From Syntrophorhabdaceae bacterium (GTDB taxonomy: Bacteria; Desulfobacterota; Syntrophorhabdia; Syntrophorhabdales; Syntrophorhabdaceae): DNA of 64,000 bases. The stretch is from assembly GCA_963665295.1 (NCBI GenBank), contig OY762209.1, forward strand, positions 992,001 to 1,056,000, read 5' to 3'. The notes under the pieces were generated by a model. It saw only the letters and a list, made by a program, of their open reading frames with translations, ran no database searches and was not told the DNA's origin. Position numbers and translations under genes: made by a program. Below, in pieces: positions 59,284-64,000 of this stretch; the first letter of the stretch is position 1, and every line of letters begins with the position of its first letter.

Positions 59284-59946
59284 ATGATACCGATCAGGGA
59301 CAACATCCCTACAAATACATATCCCATTATAACCACAACCATCATCGTTGTAAACACGTTAGTTTTTATCATGCAAAAACTATACCTTAATGTGCCCGAG
59401 GGTGAGGTGCTCTACCGGCACTATGGCTTGATCCCACGCGAATTCCTTCTCTCCGTGGTTTCGAGGTGGGACCTTATCCCCTATAATGTGCTTACCGTCT
59501 TCAGTTCCATGTTTCTCCATGGCGGATTTCTCCACATTATCGGCAACATGCTTTATCTGGCCATATTCGGCAACAACGTGGAAGACGTGCTGGGCCATGG
59601 ACGATTTCTCTTGTTCTACCTCGTTTCCGGCATGGTCGCCTCCGCCTTTCAGATCTTTTACGACCCCTTGTCCGGAATCCCCATCATCGGCGCAAGCGGT
59701 GCAGTGTCCGGCGTGCTCGGGGCCTACCTTGTCCTCTTCCCTTTCGCCCGGGTGAAGACGGTGCTCTTCATTTTAATCTTTATCAAAATAGTCGAGTTAC
59801 CTGCCATACTGCTGCTCACGGTTTGGTTTCTCATGCAGATACTTTTTTCCTATGGCGAGAGCGTTGCGTGGTATGCCCACATAGGCGGTTTCATCTTCGG
59901 GCTCGTGACGGTGAAAATCTTCAGCCTCGGGCGGAAGCGGAAATAG
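59284..59946 (+). CDS. Rhomboid intramembrane serine protease
   Basis: MFLHGGFLHIIGNM, GASGAVSG, AHIGGF. Confidence 0.93.
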   Translation: MIPIRDNIPTNTYPIITTTIIVVNTLVFIMQKLYLNVPEGEVLYRHYGLIPREFLLSVVSRWDLIPYNVLTVFSSMFLHGGFLHIIGNMLYLAIFGNNVEDVLGHGRFLLFYLVSGMVASAFQIFYDPLSGIPIIGASGAVSGVLGAYLVLFPFARVKTVLFILIFIKIVELPAILLLTVWFLMQILFSYGESVAWYAHIGGFIFGLVTVKIFSLGRKRK

Positions 59947-59952
59947 GGTGGA

Positions 59953-61299
59953 ATGTTTCACGTGAAACATTTAAAGGTCCTCCTCATCAACCCGCACATT
60001 TACGATTTCGCCGCCTACAGCTTCTGGTCAAGCCCCCTCGGTCTCCTCCAACTCGGGGCCGTACTCAGACAGAACGGTCTTCACGTCGCCTTCATCGACT
60101 GCATGAAGACCCTCGATGAAAAACGAAAACCCGACGGCCGGGCCCCTTTTCTCAAGGCGAAGAGCACCCTGCCCCTGCCTCCACCCCTCAAGGCCATAAA
60201 GAAACGCCTCAAAAGATACGGCATCTCCCCCGACCAACTCCGCGAGCGCCTCGCCCTCCTCGACCCGCCCGACCTCGTGCTCATCACCACCATAATGACC
60301 TACTGGTATGGCGGCGCCAGCGAGGCCGCCCGCACGGCCAGGGAAGCCTTCCCCCACGCCAAAATCATCATGGGCGGCATCTACCCATCCCTCTGTAGCG
60401 ACCACGCTCTCGCCCATATGAAAGATGCCGACCTCGTCCTCGGCCACCGCGAGACGGACACCCTATACCGTTACATCGAGGAGACCTTCTCAACTACCCT
60501 CCCCTTCAAACCCTCCATGTACGATCTCAACCACTTGCCCTATCCCGCTTTCGACCTCTCCGAATCCCTCCCCTTCATCCCCCTCCTCACCTCATACGGC
60601 TGCGCCTTCAACTGCACCTACTGTGCCACCCCCTATATGCATCCCCGCATTGTGCGGAGGGACCCTGCCCACGTCCTCGACGAGATCCGCCATTGGCACG
60701 AACGTGGCGTGAAACGTATCGTGATGTACGACGACAATCTCCTCTACCGAAGCGACCTCTACGCCGCGCCCCTCTTCGATGCCATCTCCCGCCTCCCTTT
60801 TTCCCTGGACATTTACAACCCCAACGCCGTCAACGCAGCCTTCCTTGACGACCGTACCGCCCGCCTCCTCGTCGCCGCAGGTTTCCGCGACATCCGTATC
60901 GGCCTCGAAACCGTGGACCCCGCCACCCAGCGGTCCACCGGCGGCAAGGTCAACCTCCAGGTCTTCGAGCGCGCCCTCGACAACCTGGCCCGGGCCGGCT
61001 TCCCCATCAACAAAGTGGGGGTCTACATACTTTCCGGCCTCCCTTTTCAACGATGGGAAACCGTCAGGGCCGCCATCGACTACCTCTCCTCCTTCGGCGT
61101 CCGAACCGAAATCGCAGAATACACGCCCATTCCCCATACCCCACTCTTCGACCAACACCACGCCGCCGCCCGTTACCCCGTCGCCCAAGACCCCATCTAC
61201 CAGAACAACGCCCTCTTTCCTTTCGCCTGGGAAGGATTCACCGAAGAAGACCTCTCCAACCTGAAGCGCTACCTCAAGGAGATAAACCCCAAACCCTGA
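59953..61299 (+). CDS. B12-binding-domain radical SAM protein
   Basis: LLINP...PLGL, IMGGIYPS, TSYGCAFNCTYC (CxxxCxxC), YDDN, IGLE. Confidence 0.9.
   Translation: MFHVKHLKVLLINPHIYDFAAYSFWSSPLGLLQLGAVLRQNGLHVAFIDCMKTLDEKRKPDGRAPFLKAKSTLPLPPPLKAIKKRLKRYGISPDQLRERLALLDPPDLVLITTIMTYWYGGASEAARTAREAFPHAKIIMGGIYPSLCSDHALAHMKDADLVLGHRETDTLYRYIEETFSTTLPFKPSMYDLNHLPYPAFDLSESLPFIPLLTSYGCAFNCTYCATPYMHPRIVRRDPAHVLDEIRHWHERGVKRIVMYDDNLLYRSDLYAAPLFDAISRLPFSLDIYNPNAVNAAFLDDRTARLLVAAGFRDIRIGLETVDPATQRSTGGKVNLQVFERALDNLARAGFPINKVGVYILSGLPFQRWETVRAAIDYLSSFGVRTEIAEYTPIPHTPLFDQHHAAARYPVAQDPIYQNNALFPFAWEGFTEEDLSNLKRYLKEINPKP
59954..59969. promoter_or_regulatory. parS: parS centromere-like site
   Basis: Perfect palindrome TGTTTCACGTGAAACA, matching the widely conserved ParB-binding consensus. 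Confidence 0.85.
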
Positions 61300-61555
61300 C
61301 CCCTACGCCTCCTTGACCCCAAGCCCCCCTTTACTCGACATCCCCCTGTCTCTGCAGTCCCTCCATTGACTGCGGCCCCGCGACACCAGGACACCGAAAA
61401 GCAATACAACACCCCCATTCCGGCATATGCAACGCCGCCTCTCGACCCAGCGGACACACTCTGCCCGCGCCGCCCCGGCGCAACGCACCATTGCCCCACA
61501 CCCCCGAGACTCATTTTATTGATATATTGTGCCAAATGGTGTTAAATAACTGGAC

Positions 61556-61637
61556 GCGAGAGTGGCGGAACTGGCAGACGCACTGGACTTAGGATCCAGC
61601 GGGTTAAACCGTAGGGGTTCAAATCCCCTCTCTCGCA
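61556..61637 (+). tRNA. tRNA-Leu(TAG)
   Basis: GCGAGAGTGGCGGAACTGGCAGACGC, CTGGA-CTTAGGA-TCCAG, long variable arm, GGTTCAAATCC, CTCTCGCA. Confidence 0.95.
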
Positions 61638-61651
61638 AATACCTTCTTCCT

Positions 61652-64000
61652 TCACTCCATGATACTTTTCAGCAACTCCTTCAATTCCTCCACCTTATAG
61701 GGCTTCGTGATGGCGCCCCTGAAACCGTATTCCCTGTGCCTCGCTATGACAGGGTCATCGGCATAGCCACTCGAAATGACACCCCTTACCCGACCATCCA
61801 ATACCCGCATCCTATCGAAGGCTTCCTTTCCGCCCATCCCCCTTTTCACCGTCAGGTCGAGAATCACCGCGTCAAATCCCCTGCCCCGGCTCAAAGCCTC
61901 CCCGTAAGCCGCCACCGCCTCCTCCCCGTTCCCGGACACTACTACCTCATATCCCAGATGGCTGATCAGCCTGCTCGCCACCTTCCGCACGTTTTCGTCG
62001 TCGTCCATAAAGAGCACCTTCTTCTGCGCCTTCACTCCGGACTCGGCCCCCTCGAAGCGCTCCACACTCTCCTTATATGCCGGCAGATAAATATGCACCG
62101 TGGTGCCTATGCCCACCGCAGACTCCACTTCCATGCGCCCCTTATGCCTCTCCACCGTAGAGTACGCCACTGCAAGACCGAGGCCCATGCCCCTCTCCGC
62201 ACCGAGACCCTTTGTCGTGAAATAGGGGTCAAATATCTTCGGAAGGTCCTCCCCTCTGATCCCTCTCCCCCGGTCCTCTATGGAAATCCTCACGAACTTT
62301 TCTCCACCAAGACCGCTGCTGCCCTTCTCCACCACGTTCTGGGCCCTTACCACTACCGCTCCCCCCTCCGGCATCGCCTCCATGGCGTTCAACACCACAT
62401 TCCCGATCACCTGGCCTATCTGCGTCTCGTCCGCCTCGATCGCTGCGAGGTCATCGGCCAGGGCAAAAAGGCACTCCACGTTAGAGCCCCTCACCGCCAG
62501 TTGAGCACTCCCCCTCACCACGCCCCCTACCTCCAGAACGCGCCTCACCGGCGCCCCTCCCTCGGAAAAGGTAATCAGTTTCCTCGTCAACTCCTTACCC
62601 GCGAGTGATATGCGCTCCGCCTCGGCCAGAAACCCGAACTCCTCGCTCCCCGACGGGAGGGCGATCTTCGCGATCGCGATATACCCCGTTACCGCCATGA
62701 GCAAATTGTTGAAATCATGCGCAATCCCCCCTGCCAGGGTCCCGATCGACTCCAACGTGCGCTTCCTTAAAAGCTCCGCTTCCATGTGCTTTCGGCCCGT
62801 AATATCCCTGCTCGAGCAATCGATCTCCTGCACCGTCCCCGATCCATCCCTTACAAGACGCCCCACCGTTTCCGCCCATATCTCCGCGCCGTCCTTCCGC
62901 CGCATCCGATGCTCCACCACATAACGCCCGTCCCCCCGCCGCGACGCCACCCTCATCAACTCCCGCACCCGCTTCATATCCTCGGCGGGCACAAACTTCT
63001 CCGGAAATTCACCCACCATCTCCTCGGGCAGATACCCCAGAACCGCCTCAGACGACGGTGTAACGTAGAGCGCCCGTCCGTCTCGAGCGTGCCGTGAAAT
63101 CATATCCGTCGCGTTCTCAGCGAGAAGCCGGTCAAGGCGTTCGCTCTCCCTCAGGGCCTCCTCCGTCCGCTTCCGTTCCGTAATGTCCTCCGTGGTACCC
63201 TCCAGGAACACGATCTCCCCCGACTCATCGCGAACCGCCCTCGCATTCAGGGACACCCACACCTTCTTGCCGTCCTTCCGGTAAAGCTCCACCTCGAACC
63301 TTTCCGCCACGCCGTCCCGACCGCACACCTCCAGAAGACTCATCCGATCGCCCCCGTTCACATACCGCTCCTCACCGAGATCCACCACCGACCCTATCAA
63401 TTCCTCTGCAGACGCGAAGCCGAAAGTCCTTGCAAGGGCGTTATTCGCACTCAAAATCCGCCCCTCCCGGGTGCTCCGGAATACCCCCATGATGGCGTCG
63501 TGAAAAATGGCCCGGTATTTCCCCTCCGCCTCTTTCAACCGGTTCTGTGCCTCAACTCTGTCAGTGACGTCCCGGTCAAATCCGAGATACCCCGAGAACC
63601 TTCCTTCCTCGTCAAAGACCGGCGCCCCGCTCGTTTCCACCACCACCGCACGCCCGTCTTTGCGAATCCCGCTCCTCTCCAGTCCCGCAAAGGGCTTCCG
63701 CGCAGCCAGAATGTCCGCCTCCACTCCCATGGCCCCCACTACTCCGAACTCCCTCTTACCCACGATCTCCCCAGGCTCATAGCCTAAAAGCTCCTTCACC
63801 TTCGAACTCGCGTATGTGTACACCCCCTCACTGTCAACTCTCCACACCCAGTCGCTCGTGGTCTCCACGAGCGAACGGAACCGCTTTTCGCTCTCACGCA
63901 ACGCACTTTCGACCCATTTTCTGTGGGACACCTCCCCCTCCAGTGCCGAGGATCTCTCCCTACTCTCCAGGTTCAGAAGGCCCAGATCCGCGATAAACAC
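61652..64000 (-). CDS. Multi-PAS hybrid histidine kinase (5' end outside the window)
   Basis: At least 3 PAS modules, AGGIAHDFNN, NAMEAM, YFTTK, receiver domain MDDD...LDLT...KPY. Confidence 0.92.
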   Translation of the reverse strand: MFIADLGLLNLESRERSSALEGEVSHRKWVESALRESEKRFRSLVETTSDWVWRVDSEGVYTYASSKVKELLGYEPGEIVGKREFGVVGAMGVEADILAARKPFAGLERSGIRKDGRAVVVETSGAPVFDEEGRFSGYLGFDRDVTDRVEAQNRLKEAEGKYRAIFHDAIMGVFRSTREGRILSANNALARTFGFASAEELIGSVVDLGEERYVNGGDRMSLLEVCGRDGVAERFEVELYRKDGKKVWVSLNARAVRDESGEIVFLEGTTEDITERKRTEEALRESERLDRLLAENATDMISRHARDGRALYVTPSSEAVLGYLPEEMVGEFPEKFVPAEDMKRVRELMRVASRRGDGRYVVEHRMRRKDGAEIWAETVGRLVRDGSGTVQEIDCSSRDITGRKHMEAELLRKRTLESIGTLAGGIAHDFNNLLMAVTGYIAIAKIALPSGSEEFGFLAEAERISLAGKELTRKLITFSEGGAPVRRVLEVGGVVRGSAQLAVRGSNVECLFALADDLAAIEADETQIGQVIGNVVLNAMEAMPEGGAVVVRAQNVVEKGSSGLGGEKFVRISIEDRGRGIRGEDLPKIFDPYFTTKGLGAERGMGLGLAVAYSTVERHKGRMEVESAVGIGTTVHIYLPAYKESVERFEGAESGVKAQKKVLFMDDDENVRKVASRLISHLGYEVVVSGNGEEAVAAYGEALSRGRGFDAVILDLTVKRGMGGKEAFDRMRVLDGRVRGVISSGYADDPVIARHREYGFRGAITKPYKVEELKELLKSIME

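Noticed and set aside
54528..61637. tRNA-anchored genomic island or prophage
   Set aside because: No integrase, no duplicated tRNA 3' end noticed, and the flanking genes are housekeeping or signalling genes.

Overview
About 64 kb of GC-rich bacterial chromosome. Gene content (glyQ-glyS-ppdK, galT-glgA, multi-PAS hybrid kinases, DGC protein) suggests an anaerobic Desulfobacterota/Syntrophorhabdus-like organism; this is inference. Core genes: an Ada/Ogt/AlkA repair operon, miaA-scpB-pilT-pilU with an intact IS630 inserted exactly at the scpB stop codon, PBP1A, gspG/gspD, glyQS-ppdK-queH-dsbC, glgA/galT, tRNA-Ala(CGC), tRNA-Leu(TAG) and a perfect parS palindrome. The most notable accessory items are: (1) a small Cys-rich operon (11.0-12.6 kb) with a winged-helix-like protein missed by the ORF track that has an in-frame TGA followed by a SECIS-like hairpin (candidate new selenoprotein), a DGC Zn-binding protein and an ECF sigma factor interrupted by TAG; (2) a lower-GC ABC-type ATPase + TOPRIM-like (DUF4276-like) gene pair resembling PARIS-type anti-phage systems; (3) a secreted thaumatin/PR-5-like protein with large Cys-rich insertions and Ig-like tails, within a cluster of secreted proteins; (4) an ABC permease fused to two substrate-binding domains, downstream of a STAS fusion protein; (5) a CsgG-like/DUF4810/DUF799 lipoprotein operon. 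All family calls come from motif recognition by eye; no database searches were run.
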